A DNA stretch of 64,000 bases from an uncultured Bacteriovoracaceae bacterium (GTDB lineage Bacteria; Bdellovibrionota; UBA2428): the NCBI GenBank assembly GCA_964407615.1, contig CAYOWH010000007.1:844-64843 (forward strand). Direction: 5' to 3'. Of this stretch, positions 38,863 through 49,320 are shown in pieces. How positions within the stretch are numbered: the first letter of the stretch is position 1; every line of letters starts with the position of its first letter. Under the pieces are notes generated by a model. That model was not told the origin of the DNA. It was given only the letters and a program-made list of their open reading frames with translations, and made no database searches. Position numbers and translations under genes: made by a program.

Positions 38863-39489
38863 ATGAAAGATACAGAGTCTATAATTAAATTTTGTTGTCA
38901 TGAGCTTAAGTCAAATCATCAATGCCATACAGTGATACTTTATGGTTCTTTTGCTCGGGGTGATGCCGGACCTTTTAGTGATTTCGATTTAGTTGGGTTT
39001 AGCGCTCAAGCATCAAGTAAAATGAGAGACGCAAGAATTTATGCAGATAGATTTTTAGATCTATTCATCTTTCCACCAAGCGAATATGAGCATACGAGTT
39101 CAAGTCATCTTTATATGAGAAACGGTAAAGTACTTTACGATGAATTTGGTAAAGGAAGTGAGTTTTTAAAATCTCTTGAAAAAATATATAATTTAGGACC
39201 CGAAAAACTACCCGACGATGAAAAACAAGCAAGGCGAGTTTGGGTTCAAAAAATGATTGCACGTGCTAAGGTTGATGATTTAGAGGGAAGGTTTCGTTTG
39301 ACGATGCTTAAGTCATCTATTTTAGAAGATTATTTTTTGTTAAGAGACCAGTGGTATTTAGGATCTAAGGAATCTTTCTCGTGGTTAAGAAAAAATGATC
39401 CAAAATTATTTCATGATTTTGAAAAAATTTTTCAACCTGATGCCTCTTTGCAAGATTTAGAAAGTTTAGCAAGTGTTGTCTATCGGTAG
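38863..39489 (+). CDS. Pol-beta-superfamily nucleotidyltransferase domain protein
   Basis: LYGSFARG..SDFDL motif; helical C-terminal domain. Confidence 0.85.
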   Translation: MKDTESIIKFCCHELKSNHQCHTVILYGSFARGDAGPFSDFDLVGFSAQASSKMRDARIYADRFLDLFIFPPSEYEHTSSSHLYMRNGKVLYDEFGKGSEFLKSLEKIYNLGPEKLPDDEKQARRVWVQKMIARAKVDDLEGRFRLTMLKSSILEDYFLLRDQWYLGSKESFSWLRKNDPKLFHDFEKIFQPDASLQDLESLASVVYR

Positions 39490-39516
39490 AGAAAAAGTTA
39501 AGAAATTTCTCTAAAT

Positions 39517-40767
39517 ATGAAGACAGCGATATGGTTTACGAATGATCTTCGTATTTTCGACAACAAGGCTTTTGTTGCTGCAACGGAGCAAGGGTTTCCG
39601 GTCTTAGCTTTTTTTCTTCGTCCTGAATTCGGATCTAAACAATATTTTCAGTTTCAGAATGAGTGCTTGGAGGATCTCGGCCGAGATCTCAAAACTCTCG
39701 GGGTTCCGCTGTACGTCTTTGAGTCAAATGAATTGAGTGATCTCATTACTTTTGTCTTACAAGGAGATATTGGGTTCGTTTTTTCTTCCAAGGCTTTTAA
39801 TTCTCGAAAAAGAGCGCAGCAAATCGAACTTGAACATCAACTCAAGGGCGTAAATTTTAAATACGCTTGCTCAGAAACTCTACTTGATCAGACTTTACTC
39901 GATATAAGGCCAGAAAATCTTGATGATACCTTTACGGTATTTCGCAAAAAGATTGAGTCTCGTTGGTTGGTGCCGTCTCTTGTGGCCTCACCAAAGCCTC
40001 AACAAGAAATTCCTTCTATGCTGAATGATTTTTCTCGCTTTCTTTTTAAAAATAAATCTTTAAAGAGTGAACCTTCAAAGTTTTTTGGAGGCCGAGCTCA
40101 GGGTCTCAAGCGACTGAGTTATTATCTTTCAGAGTCACAAAAGATTTTAACCTACAAAGAGACCCGTAACGGTCTTACTTCCTTTGATGATTCATCTAAG
40201 TTTTCTCCTTGGCTTGCGCACGGATGTGTTTCTGCGCGAGAAATATATTGGGCCATCAAAAAATTTGAGCAACAAGTTCGCTCAAATGAATCGACTTACT
40301 GGTTGGTTTTTGAGTTGTTATGGAGAGATTACTTCAAGTTTTTAGCAGAAAAGTATCAAGATAAGTTTTTTAGTTTATCGGGCCTTAGACGCAACAAGTT
40401 GCCTCTCTCGTTTGGTAGTGAAGATGACTTTGAGAATTGGAAAAAGGGCACTACTCAAAGTGATTTTATCAATGCAAATATGATCGAACTTGCTCAAACC
40501 GGCTGGATGTCGAATCGTGGTCGGCAGAATGTTGCTAATTATTTGGTAAAGACTCTTGGTGTTGAGTGGGTCAAGGGCGCTGATTACTTTGAAAAAACTT
40601 TGATCGATTATGATTGTGAGAGCAACTGGGGAAATTGGCTTTATCAGTCGGGTCGCGGCACTGATCCCAGAGATCGTATTTTTGATCCTGAAGTCCAGGC
40701 TCGCAACTATGATAGAGATCGTTCGTATCGAGATAAGTGGTTGAAGAAGTGGGGTGGGCATGAGTGA
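39517..40767 (+). CDS. Cryptochrome/photolyase, DASH type
   Basis: WFTNDLRIFDN, YKETRNG, SKFSPWLAHG, FELLWRDYF, GWMSNRGRQN, LIDYD..SNWGNW, GTDPRDR. Confidence 0.88.
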   Translation: MKTAIWFTNDLRIFDNKAFVAATEQGFPVLAFFLRPEFGSKQYFQFQNECLEDLGRDLKTLGVPLYVFESNELSDLITFVLQGDIGFVFSSKAFNSRKRAQQIELEHQLKGVNFKYACSETLLDQTLLDIRPENLDDTFTVFRKKIESRWLVPSLVASPKPQQEIPSMLNDFSRFLFKNKSLKSEPSKFFGGRAQGLKRLSYYLSESQKILTYKETRNGLTSFDDSSKFSPWLAHGCVSAREIYWAIKKFEQQVRSNESTYWLVFELLWRDYFKFLAEKYQDKFFSLSGLRRNKLPLSFGSEDDFENWKKGTTQSDFINANMIELAQTGWMSNRGRQNVANYLVKTLGVEWVKGADYFEKTLIDYDCESNWGNWLYQSGRGTDPRDRIFDPEVQARNYDRDRSYRDKWLKKWGGHE

Positions 40768-41131
40768 AAAAATTGATGAAAAGATCTGTGAAAAATGTGG
40801 CCGAACGATCGAGTATCGAAAAAAATGGGCTAAAACTTGGAGCGAAGTTAAATATTGTAGTGAGCAATGTAGAAGAAGAAAACTGACTCCTGAAGATGAT
40901 ATGTACGAGCAGCAGATTTTGGAATTACTCGCAAAAAGGTCTGCGGGTGCTTCGATTTGTCCATCAGAAATATTGGTGGGCGAAGACAAAAAAAATCATC
41001 TTAAGATGGAGCAGGTTAGGCAAGCCGCTCGAAGGCTTGTGCATAAAAATCTAATCGTGATTACTCAAAAAAATCGCGTCGTAGATCCTTCTACTTTTAA
41101 AGGTCCTATTAGGCTTAAGCGAAAGGTATGA
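40760..41131 (+). CDS. DUF2256 + DUF3253 fusion protein
   Basis: CEKCGR..RKKW..VKYCSEQC, then SICPSE..VRQAARRL..GPIRL; overlaps the photolyase stop. Confidence 0.82.
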   Translation: MSEKIDEKICEKCGRTIEYRKKWAKTWSEVKYCSEQCRRRKLTPEDDMYEQQILELLAKRSAGASICPSEILVGEDKKNHLKMEQVRQAARRLVHKNLIVITQKNRVVDPSTFKGPIRLKRKV

Positions 41132-41379
41132 AGGTAAATTTTTATTAAGGATATGATTTCAGAATTTAAACAATTCTTGAGTATTTTTAAGTACAAGATA
41201 TTCTTGAATTATTCAGAATAATTCTTCACAAAAAACAAATAAACTCTTAATCTAAAAAATAAAATTGTAGTTCTGTAGATATTGATGTTTAAAAAATCGA
41301 TACTGAAGGGCACGAGTATAGCTGTATTCACACAACCTTAATTTTGAGAAATTAAGGTTAGATAGTACACTTAGATACT

Positions 41380-41964
41380 ATGAAGTTAAGACACATATTT
41401 TTAGTGTTTGCTACTCTTTTAGTACTCGAGTCTCATGCTGTGGATTCTTATAGTTGGTACAAGTCGACTGGTTATGAATCATTGAAAAAGAAATTCGATG
41501 TGGGAAACGGAGCCAGCGAAAGTAGTATATTGGCTGGTCTTAGAAGTGCGAATAAGTATACGGTACCGAAGAGAATGACTTCGATGAAAAAGGACGAGCC
41601 GATTGCTCGTGGTTTTCGAGCAAGTGATTTTCTAATTAAGCTAAAGCATTACACGAAGTTTTATCCCAATAATGCGCTTGTGTACGCGGCGGGGGGAGAT
41701 CACAGCTCTGAAGAAATGAAGTTTGGAAGCGAGTTACTGGAGGATTTGAAAAAAACCTATGAAACTCTTCCTTTAGGAAAGCAAAGTGCATTTGCAGAAG
41801 AACTAGAAAAACTTTTAAAATCTATATTAAGCCCAGACGATTTTAAGAGACTTCAACAAAAACGCCAAGAATGGATAGCAAGAGAAGAGGCTAGGGGGAA
41901 CTCTATCGCGCCCGATAAGCCTGACCTGACTCCAAGCAAACATCCAGATCATTCCAGGCACTAG
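41380..41964 (+). CDS. Secreted hypothetical protein
   Basis: Signal peptide (SHA); 194 aa ORF; no family recognised. Confidence 0.7.
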   Translation: MKLRHIFLVFATLLVLESHAVDSYSWYKSTGYESLKKKFDVGNGASESSILAGLRSANKYTVPKRMTSMKKDEPIARGFRASDFLIKLKHYTKFYPNNALVYAAGGDHSSEEMKFGSELLEDLKKTYETLPLGKQSAFAEELEKLLKSILSPDDFKRLQQKRQEWIAREEARGNSIAPDKPDLTPSKHPDHSRH

Positions 41965-42251
41965 GGTTTGATCGAGATATATGCTGAGCTTACTTTAGCC
42001 CCTCAAGCTGACGCTTTGTCAGCTCAGCCTCCTGATTTGCAGACCGCGATTGTGAAAAAGCTTGTGAACAGTATCGAAATTAAGTCTGAGGGTTTTGAAA
42101 TCGAGTTTCTTGTGGGAAAAGAGCGATTGAGTAGGGAGCTGGGGGCTACGGCCCCCGGTTCGGCGGATTTTAGGCAAAGCGAACCCACAAAACTTTTTTT
42201 AGTGTCGGTGGTTCGAGAAGATTGACAAATGGTGGAGGCGGTGGGAGTTGA
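41965..42251 (+). mobile_element. Remnant 3' end of a probable large serine recombinase/integrase running into the tmRNA 3' end
   Basis: IVKKLVNSIEIKSEGFEIEF resembles recombinase C-termini as I recall them; no catalytic domain; position abuts the ssrA 3' end. Confidence 0.55.
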
Positions 42252-42587
42252 ACCCACGTCCGAAGCAGCGAGGCATTGGGCATCTACGCGTGTAGTAACT
42301 GACTTAATTTAAAAACAAAGCTGACTCAGAAACTAAGACTACTTTGTTTCGATCAGCAGTAAGGTTTCGGGTCTAATGGCTGCTGAGCCCAAAAGTTCCT
42401 AGTCGTCATAATGACGAAGTTTCAAACACCAACGACCGAGACGTCTGAACTTCGGCTACCTAAAATTAAGCAGCTAATGCTAATTGGTTTGTGCCAACTA
42501 ATTTTTGCACGAATGGATTTAAGAGTGCTCGTACTCACTCTACGCGCCACCGAAATGCTCAACCGTCCGTCGAAGCCTGGCGCCCCC
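42230..42587 (-). ncRNA. ssrA: tmRNA, tag peptide (A)GTNQLALAA
   Basis: 5' GGGGGCG pairs with 3' CGCCTCC-A-CCA including G3.U; T-arm GTGGG-TTCAACT-CCCAC; tag ORF 42495-42466; 358 nt. Confidence 0.96.
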
Positions 42588-42757
42588 ATAAGTCAATCTT
42601 ATAACACACTTCGCTTTGCGAGATGACAGTTTTCCATTTGCTTGTCTTCTTTTGCGTAAGCTGAACAAAATGCTGACGCTTTTTGCAAAGATTTAAAACA
42701 AATCGTAACAATTCATCCTCCAGAATCAGCAGGTAAGGACCGATACTATTCTTAGTC

Positions 42758-44515
42758 ATGTCGATGGAAAGGTTTGGAGATCTATTGCTCATGGAGCGAC
42801 TTGCGGCTGGAGGTATGGCCGAAGTTTTTAGAGCAAAACAATTGGGTTATGCGGGGTTTGAAAAAACGGTCGCTGTGAAACGCATTCTTCCACATTTTGC
42901 TGAGAGCGAAGAATTTAAAACGATGTTCAGAATGGAAGCAAACCTTTCAGCAATGCTTCAGCATCCAAATATCGCTCAAATTTTTGCGAACGGAGAGAAC
43001 GAGGGCTACCTCTATCTCGTTATGGAGTTTGTTGATGGAAAAAATCTTCGTCAACTCCTTGCTCGAGCAGATAAATTAAAGTTTCGAATTCCTATCGAAA
43101 TCTGTTGTTACATTGTGGGAGAATCGCTCAAGGGTCTTGATTACGCCCATCATTTTATTGATGAAAAAACAGGCGAGCCCATGGGCATCATTCACCGCGA
43201 TGTCAGTCCACAAAATATAATGATGTCCTATGATGGCTCTGTGAAGGTTGTAGATTTTGGTATTGCAAAAGCTGCATCCAAGGCTGAAAGCGGAACCAAG
43301 GCAGGTGTCTTAAAGGGTAAGTTTGGATACATGAGTCCTGAGCAAGCTCGGGGTGCAGATCTCGATAAGCGCTCAGATGTCTTCGCAATGGGAATCGTTT
43401 TGTGGGAGCTCATTACACAAAGAAGATTGTTCACCCATGAAGACGAATTAAAAACTCTCGAAAAAGTTCGTGAGTGTAAGGTTCCAAAGCCGAGTGAAAA
43501 AAATCCTACGATTCCTTATGCTCTTGAAAAGATTGTCTTGCGTGCGCTCGAGAAGGAGCCAGGTGTTAGATATAATTCTTGCGAAGAGTTTTACACAGAT
43601 TTAGCTCGCTATATGAATGACCGGCATCCTGGATTTATTCCAACTGATTTTTCAAAATTCATGAAGGAATTTTATAAAGAAGATATTGTTGAAGACAAAA
43701 AACGTCGTGAAAAATTAAATCTTGAGGCTCCTGCGTTTTTAGAAAAGAATCCCGTATATCAAAAAACTGATAAGGGAAGTGGTGAAATTACAGATGTCTC
43801 AAAAGTTCATAGCAAAAAAGATACGGCTGTATCGAGTGTGAACCTTCGAAACACACTAAATCAAGATCCGTCTTCGATGAGCTCTGTAAGTAGTGTCGCT
43901 CTTGCAGAGCCAACGAGTGCGCGAATTAAAATCAATACAAATGTTGCGCAGGTTCAACGTGCATCTGTTCCTATTTCTCTTGTTGAAAAGCCAAGTGTTT
44001 TTGCTCAATTACGCCCTTTCATTGCTGTAATCGTTTTGGGTGCTCTTGGGTTCTACGCGTATAATAATTTAGCGTTGATCACGGGAGTGCCTTCCAAAGG
44101 AGCTGTTGCCAATACCTCAAAAGAAAACAGTGAAAAACCATCTTCGCAATTAGCTGATAATCAGACTGTCGATAGTAATAATAAAGAAGCTTCTTCTGCC
44201 GCGCCTGAAAGAGCTCCTGCAAGTGCAACCGAGGATGTAAGAAATTTATTCGTATGGCAGCCAAACAAATATGATGTTTATGGATTACTTAATTTGTCTA
44301 GCGTGCCCGATGCTAACGTTATATTCATAAACGGATTAAAGCTTGTCGATGCGGAACTGGCTCCTATAAAGGGTCCCTTAAAAAGTATTCAGTTACCTCC
44401 TGGGGAATATCAGTTACTTTTAAAAAATACCGTTTTTGGTGTCTATAAATCGGTGAATGCCGTGGTTGAAAAAAATAAATCCGTCCAAGTAGAAGCAATC
44501 CTCGATCAACGCTAA
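42758..44515 (+). CDS. Hanks-type Ser/Thr protein kinase with TM and PEGA-like C-terminal domain
   Basis: GGMAEVF, VAVKR, HRDVSPQN, DFG, GKFGYMSPEQ; TM near residue 420. Confidence 0.92.
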   Translation: MSMERFGDLLLMERLAAGGMAEVFRAKQLGYAGFEKTVAVKRILPHFAESEEFKTMFRMEANLSAMLQHPNIAQIFANGENEGYLYLVMEFVDGKNLRQLLARADKLKFRIPIEICCYIVGESLKGLDYAHHFIDEKTGEPMGIIHRDVSPQNIMMSYDGSVKVVDFGIAKAASKAESGTKAGVLKGKFGYMSPEQARGADLDKRSDVFAMGIVLWELITQRRLFTHEDELKTLEKVRECKVPKPSEKNPTIPYALEKIVLRALEKEPGVRYNSCEEFYTDLARYMNDRHPGFIPTDFSKFMKEFYKEDIVEDKKRREKLNLEAPAFLEKNPVYQKTDKGSGEITDVSKVHSKKDTAVSSVNLRNTLNQDPSSMSSVSSVALAEPTSARIKINTNVAQVQRASVPISLVEKPSVFAQLRPFIAVIVLGALGFYAYNNLALITGVPSKGAVANTSKENSEKPSSQLADNQTVDSNNKEASSAAPERAPASATEDVRNLFVWQPNKYDVYGLLNLSSVPDANVIFINGLKLVDAELAPIKGPLKSIQLPPGEYQLLLKNTVFGVYKSVNAVVEKNKSVQVEAILDQR

Positions 44516-44526
44516 GCTTTTGAAAG

Positions 44527-45258
44527 GTGAAAAAGTTTTCTTTTCATTTTTTATGTTTGGGTATTTTTATTGCGATTATTTCGCTTGTCCTCATAACTCG
44601 ATACAAGGTTGCCCAGGTTCATAATTCCGAGAAGATTTCTTCCGATGCTTCTCAAAGCTTTCTTCTTTACGTTCCATCACCCTATGAGCTTTCAATGATT
44701 AATCAAAATAAAGATATTTGGCCGCGACGTTTTAGTCGTCAGATGCCTCCGTCTCTCACAGATTTACCACTTATTTATTTGTCTTTTGTAAAAGCATATC
44801 CCCAGAGCAAAAGGGAAATAGATTTTTTTCGCTCTCTTGCTATGACAGCCAATCTTGAGGAGTGGAATGCTTTTAAAGACATTCTTTCCTTCAAGCTTCA
44901 ACTCAAGAAAAACACGACTATGACTCCAAAAAATCTTCTTAAATGGCTTAAGCAAGAAAATTGCTCAATCTTTGCTCAAGAAGTCGCCTATAGAATTTTG
45001 CAGTGGCAGCCTGATCTGCTCTCTGAAATTTATTCTTATTATCAAGCGTGTGATCCAAATTCATTCCATAGTTTTTGGCTTGAGATTTTGATTGAGCAAA
45101 AAACTAAGGATTTTGAAAAACTTAAAAAACTTCAAAACTCTATTCAAAGCCGAAGAGAAAAGGTTATGAATGATACCTATGAATATTTTGTTCTCACACA
45201 AGCATTTAATGTTTTGGATCTAACTCTTGCGCATGAATTTAAAGCCCAAAGTGAATAG
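44527..45258 (+). CDS. Hypothetical membrane-anchored protein
   Basis: N-terminal hydrophobic helix; co-oriented 11 nt after the kinase. Confidence 0.7.
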   Translation: MKKFSFHFLCLGIFIAIISLVLITRYKVAQVHNSEKISSDASQSFLLYVPSPYELSMINQNKDIWPRRFSRQMPPSLTDLPLIYLSFVKAYPQSKREIDFFRSLAMTANLEEWNAFKDILSFKLQLKKNTTMTPKNLLKWLKQENCSIFAQEVAYRILQWQPDLLSEIYSYYQACDPNSFHSFWLEILIEQKTKDFEKLKKLQNSIQSRREKVMNDTYEYFVLTQAFNVLDLTLAHEFKAQSE

Positions 45259-45280
45259 AATTGAAATTGAGAGTTAACTC

Positions 45281-45877
45281 TTAAAGCGGAAGAACTTCAC
45301 CACGAAAATGTTTTTCAATTAAAAACTTTAACCAGTCTATTTCTTCTTTTCGAGCCCGGCGCTCAAGAGTCATTTTTTGAGATTTTTGTTCAAGGGTCAA
45401 CATCCAGTGACCTTTTGTGGCGTATCGATCTTTTTTCTCATTTTTTTCAGCTTTGAGACTGGCAGTATTGACTGCTCCGATCCAGTTTTCTTCTTTAAGG
45501 TCATTCAGACTAAATCCTTGCGCTGAAACTTTTGCCCATTTAAAAAAAGCAATTTTCTTGAAACGTTCTAAGTCAAAAAGACCATCGGCTCTTCTTGAAA
45601 TGATGACATTTTCCTCAAATGAAAAACACAAAAAAGCAATGAGCGGATAAGTTACAAGAACCGTTACAAAAAAACCCACAATTATTTGGTCCCAGAAACC
45701 ACCTTCTTCGTGCATCAGTTTAAATAAAGGAGCCGCAGCAAGAGTCATAACCCCTAAAAAGACCGCAACAAAAAGAAAGGCTCCTCCCATTGCAAACTTT
45801 CTAAAATGACTTCGCAATTTCAAACAATCCGGAGAGGATTTTCGAGGTTGGGGCTGGAGTGCAAATAAAAGACCCAT
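45281..45877 (-). CDS. Hypothetical protein with two TM helices
   Basis: Two hydrophobic segments then a basic soluble domain; start uncertain. Confidence 0.65.
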   Translation of the reverse strand: MGLLFALQPQPRKSSPDCLKLRSHFRKFAMGGAFLFVAVFLGVMTLAAAPLFKLMHEEGGFWDQIIVGFFVTVLVTYPLIAFLCFSFEENVIISRRADGLFDLERFKKIAFFKWAKVSAQGFSLNDLKEENWIGAVNTASLKAEKNEKKDRYATKGHWMLTLEQKSQKMTLERRARKEEIDWLKFLIEKHFRGEVLPL

Positions 45878-46002
45878 GTTCAAGACCTAAGATCATTTTT
45901 AATGCTCTGCGGGTCAAGGGTTTTTTATGCAAAAGCTGGGGCTTGGGGTGACCATGGGGGATTATTTGTCTAAACTTCCCACTATATGAGAGGCCTCAAA
46001 AA

Positions 46003-48369
46003 ATGAAGGAAATCAGCAAAGATAATTTCCGTAAACTAGCTTTAGAGTTTCATGAGGGGGTAGGGACCTACAGACCTCGTCCTGGAAAGCTTGAAATTCA
46101 AGCAACCAAGTCTCTCGTGAGTCAGCGTGATTTAAGCCTTGCTTATTCTCCAGGAGTCGCTGAGCCCTGCAAGGAAATTCAAAAGAATCCAGCTGATGTT
46201 TTTCGTTACACAAGTAGAGGCAATCTCGTTGCGGTCATCACCAATGGAACGGCTGTGCTTGGGTTGGGGAATATCGGTCCGCTTGCTGCAAAACCTGTGA
46301 TGGAAGGAAAGGCTGTTCTTTTTAAGCGCTTTGCAGACATTGATTGTTTTGACATTGAGCTTGATTGCAAAAATAACGAAGATTTTATTAAGGCTGTCAA
46401 ATCTCTTGAGCCCACTTTTGGGGGAATTAACCTCGAAGATATTGCCGCTCCTGATTGTTTTGAAATTGAAAAAACTTTGCGCGAACAGATGGACATTCCT
46501 GTCTTTCATGACGATCAGCACGGAACAGCGATCATTAGCGGTGCAGCTCTTTTGAATGCGCTTCAAATAGTTGGAAAAAAAATTGATGAAGTGAGAGTTG
46601 TATTTTGTGGAGGAGGAGCGGCTTCCATCTCATGTGCGCGTTTTTGGTTGAGTCTAGGAGTAAAGCTTTCAAATTGTGTCATGACCGATCGAGATGGGGT
46701 CATTAATGCGTCTCTTGGAAAACAACTGAATCCTTACAAAGCTGAGTTTGCAATTAAAGATGGCAAAACATGGCACAAAAAGACACCCAAAACTTTGGAT
46801 GAAGCTCTTCAGGGAGCAGATGTTTTTTTAGGGTTAAGTGCAGCCAATGTACTAAAGCCTGAATCACTTAAAGGCATGAACAAAGATCCTATTGTGTTTG
46901 CTCTGGCTAATCCTGATCCTGAAATTTCATACGAGTTAGCAAAATCTGCTCGCGACGATATGATCTTTGCAACGGGTCGATCAGATTATCCCAATCAAAT
47001 TAATAACGTTTTATGTTACCCATTTTTGTTTAGAGGCGCGCTTGATGTTCAGGCTCGTACAGTAAACGAAGAAATGAAAATAGCAGCAGCTTACGCTCTT
47101 TCTAAATTAGCAAAAGAAGATGTGCCGGATTCAGTGCTTTCTAGTTATGGAATTGAGCGCATACGTTTTGGAAGAGAATATATAATTCCTAAGCCTCTCG
47201 ATCCAAGGGCTTTGCTTTTTGTGGCTTCTGCAGTGGCTAAAGCTGCGGTGGATTCTGGTGTGGCTCGAAGGCCTATGCCCGGAGAAACGGTTGAGGGCTA
47301 TCGAGAGCACTTAGACAAATTGCTGGGTACAAGACGTTCTACGATGCGTGAAATAGGATCGCGTCTCAAGAAACTTTCTGCAGAAAAATCAGCGCTTCCT
47401 AAATTAATTTTTCCAGAGGGAGCGAGCGAAAAAATTCTTCGTGCAGCTTCTCTTATTCGCGAAGAAAAAATTGCCGATCCTATCTTTATTGGGGACCCAG
47501 ACAAAATAAAAGGGAATATGCACAAGCTACATCTCAACGACTTAGAGGCTTGTGAAATTATTCGCCCCCGTGAGAGTGTTTATTTTGAAGAGTATGTTCG
47601 TCAATTTTATGAAATGCGTAAGCGTAAGGGGATGACTCTCGATCAAGCAGAGAATTTAATGCGTGATCCTTTTTATTTTGCAGCTATGCATGTTCACAAT
47701 GATCTTGCTCAGGTTTGTCTTGCGGGCGTCACGCGAACGTATCCTGAAGTGATTCGTCCTAATTTGTTGATCATTGGGTCTCGAGACGGAAAAAAAGTAG
47801 CGGGTGTTTACATGCTTATTTTCAAGGATCGAGTCGTGTTTCTGGCAGACACAACTGTAAATATAAATCCAAATGCTGAGGAAGTAGCAGAAATTGCAAT
47901 CAACGCGGCCGATACAGCTGCTTTCTTAGGGTTTTCACCAAGAGTTGCTATGTTGTCTTTTTCTAATTTTGGAAGCACGAAGCACCCAGAAGTTTTAAAA
48001 ATGTCTCAAGCATCAGAAATCGTACAAAAGATGCGCCCCGATATTTTGATAGATGGAGAAATGCAGGCTGACTTTGCAGTGAATCCAAGTCTTCTAAGAG
48101 AGCAGTTTCCTTTTAGTAAGCTCAACATCGGAAAGCCTGCAAATGTGTTGGTCTTTCCTAATCTCTCGGCGGCAAACACTTGCTATAAATTGCTTGGTCA
48201 ACTGGGTGGTGCAGAGCTCGTGGGGCCTATCCTCGTGGGCATGAATAAACCTGTGCATATTTTGCAACGATCAACAGATGTGAATGAAATTGTTCACATG
48301 GCTCTGATTGCAGTTTTGAATCACCAAGAATTGCTTCAAAAAAATGTAATTGAAACGGTCAATGTTTAA
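46003..48369 (+). CDS. maeB: NADP-dependent malic enzyme with phosphotransacetylase-like domain
   Basis: [44 protein letters not shown]; PTA-like C-terminal half. Confidence 0.95.
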   Translation: MKEISKDNFRKLALEFHEGVGTYRPRPGKLEIQATKSLVSQRDLSLAYSPGVAEPCKEIQKNPADVFRYTSRGNLVAVITNGTAVLGLGNIGPLAAKPVMEGKAVLFKRFADIDCFDIELDCKNNEDFIKAVKSLEPTFGGINLEDIAAPDCFEIEKTLREQMDIPVFHDDQHGTAIISGAALLNALQIVGKKIDEVRVVFCGGGAASISCARFWLSLGVKLSNCVMTDRDGVINASLGKQLNPYKAEFAIKDGKTWHKKTPKTLDEALQGADVFLGLSAANVLKPESLKGMNKDPIVFALANPDPEISYELAKSARDDMIFATGRSDYPNQINNVLCYPFLFRGALDVQARTVNEEMKIAAAYALSKLAKEDVPDSVLSSYGIERIRFGREYIIPKPLDPRALLFVASAVAKAAVDSGVARRPMPGETVEGYREHLDKLLGTRRSTMREIGSRLKKLSAEKSALPKLIFPEGASEKILRAASLIREEKIADPIFIGDPDKIKGNMHKLHLNDLEACEIIRPRESVYFEEYVRQFYEMRKRKGMTLDQAENLMRDPFYFAAMHVHNDLAQVCLAGVTRTYPEVIRPNLLIIGSRDGKKVAGVYMLIFKDRVVFLADTTVNINPNAEEVAEIAINAADTAAFLGFSPRVAMLSFSNFGSTKHPEVLKMSQASEIVQKMRPDILIDGEMQADFAVNPSLLREQFPFSKLNIGKPANVLVFPNLSAANTCYKLLGQLGGAELVGPILVGMNKPVHILQRSTDVNEIVHMALIAVLNHQELLQKNVIETVNV

Positions 48370-48396
48370 CATGATTAATTTAGAAGGAGTTTGTAC

Positions 48397-49320
48397 ATGT
48401 TTTATATAGTTATTGGATTATTGGTTCTTTTTTCATTGCTTGATGCTTTTGCAACAGTAGATCAGGGAACGGTAGCTGTTGTGACTGTGTTTGGAAGATA
48501 CCAGAGGCTTTTAAGGCCAGGGTTAAATTTTAAAATTCCCTTCTTTGAGAAAATCTACAAAAGAATTTCTATTCAAAATCAATCCATAGAATTAAATTTT
48601 CAAGCAATCACATCGGATCAGGCAAACGTAAATTTTAAAGCAATGCTTTTGTATGCGGTTTTTAATCAAGACGAGGAAACAATTAAAAACGTTGCTTTTA
48701 AGTTTATTGATACTCAAAGTTTGATGACGGCTCTGGTTCGAACGGTGGAAGGTTCTGTTCGAAGTTTTGTTGCCACCAAAAGACAGGCAGAAATCTTGCT
48801 TTTGCGCAGAGATATTGTTGAAGCTGTAAAAGAGCAACTAGATAAAAATCTAGAGGCATGGGGATATCACTTGATCGACTTGCAGATGAACGACATCAGT
48901 TTTGATGAAGAGATTATGTTGTCGATGGCAAAGGTGGTGGCGTCTAGTAATTTGAAGGCCGCGGCTGAAAACGAAGGTCAGGCACTTTTAATCACCAAAA
49001 CAAAACAAGCAGAAGCCGAAGGAAATGCTATCAAAATTGCTGCCGAAGCAGAAAAAATTGCAGCTCAGTTGCGCGGTAAGGGTGTGGCGTTGTTTCGCGA
49101 AGAGGTGGCTCATGGAATGCGAATAGCAGCAGATGAGATGAAACAATCGGGGATGGATGTTTCTGTTATTTTGTTCTCAATGTGGACAGATGCCATTAAG
49201 CACTTTGCTGAATCAGGCAAAGGGAATGTTATTTTTCTCGACGGCTCTACGGAGGGAATGAACCGCTCAATTCGCGAAATGATGTCTATGAACATGAATC
49301 GAGCAGATTCTAAAAATTAA
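48397..49320 (+). CDS. SPFH/band-7 domain protein
   Basis: SD AAGGAG 7 nt before ATG 48397; N-terminal TM, RPGLNFKIPF, coiled-coil AAE repeats. Confidence 0.88.
   Translation: MFYIVIGLLVLFSLLDAFATVDQGTVAVVTVFGRYQRLLRPGLNFKIPFFEKIYKRISIQNQSIELNFQAITSDQANVNFKAMLLYAVFNQDEETIKNVAFKFIDTQSLMTALVRTVEGSVRSFVATKRQAEILLLRRDIVEAVKEQLDKNLEAWGYHLIDLQMNDISFDEEIMLSMAKVVASSNLKAAAENEGQALLITKTKQAEAEGNAIKIAAEAEKIAAQLRGKGVALFREEVAHGMRIAADEMKQSGMDVSVILFSMWTDAIKHFAESGKGNVIFLDGSTEGMNRSIREMMSMNMNRADSKN

Noticed and set aside
38863-39489. Nucleotidyltransferase as an MNT antitoxin or AbiE-type defence gene
   Set aside because: No HEPN or other partner adjacent, and it is longer than a minimal MNT.
40375-40989. 204-aa antisense ORF, and similar shadows at 13842-14303, 61460-61924 and 46132-46566
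   Set aside because: Opposite well-supported genes, with no SD or motifs; expected by-products of codon bias.
5459-42587. YebC, ArfB, two ABC-Fs, DEAD helicase and tmRNA as one ribosome-rescue system
   Set aside because: Scattered over 37 kb in different operons and strands; likely coincidence.
42411-42792. ORFs 42411-42626 (+), 42559-42792 (-) and 42024-42257 (-)
   Set aside because: They overlap the tmRNA or the kinase start and have no coding signature.
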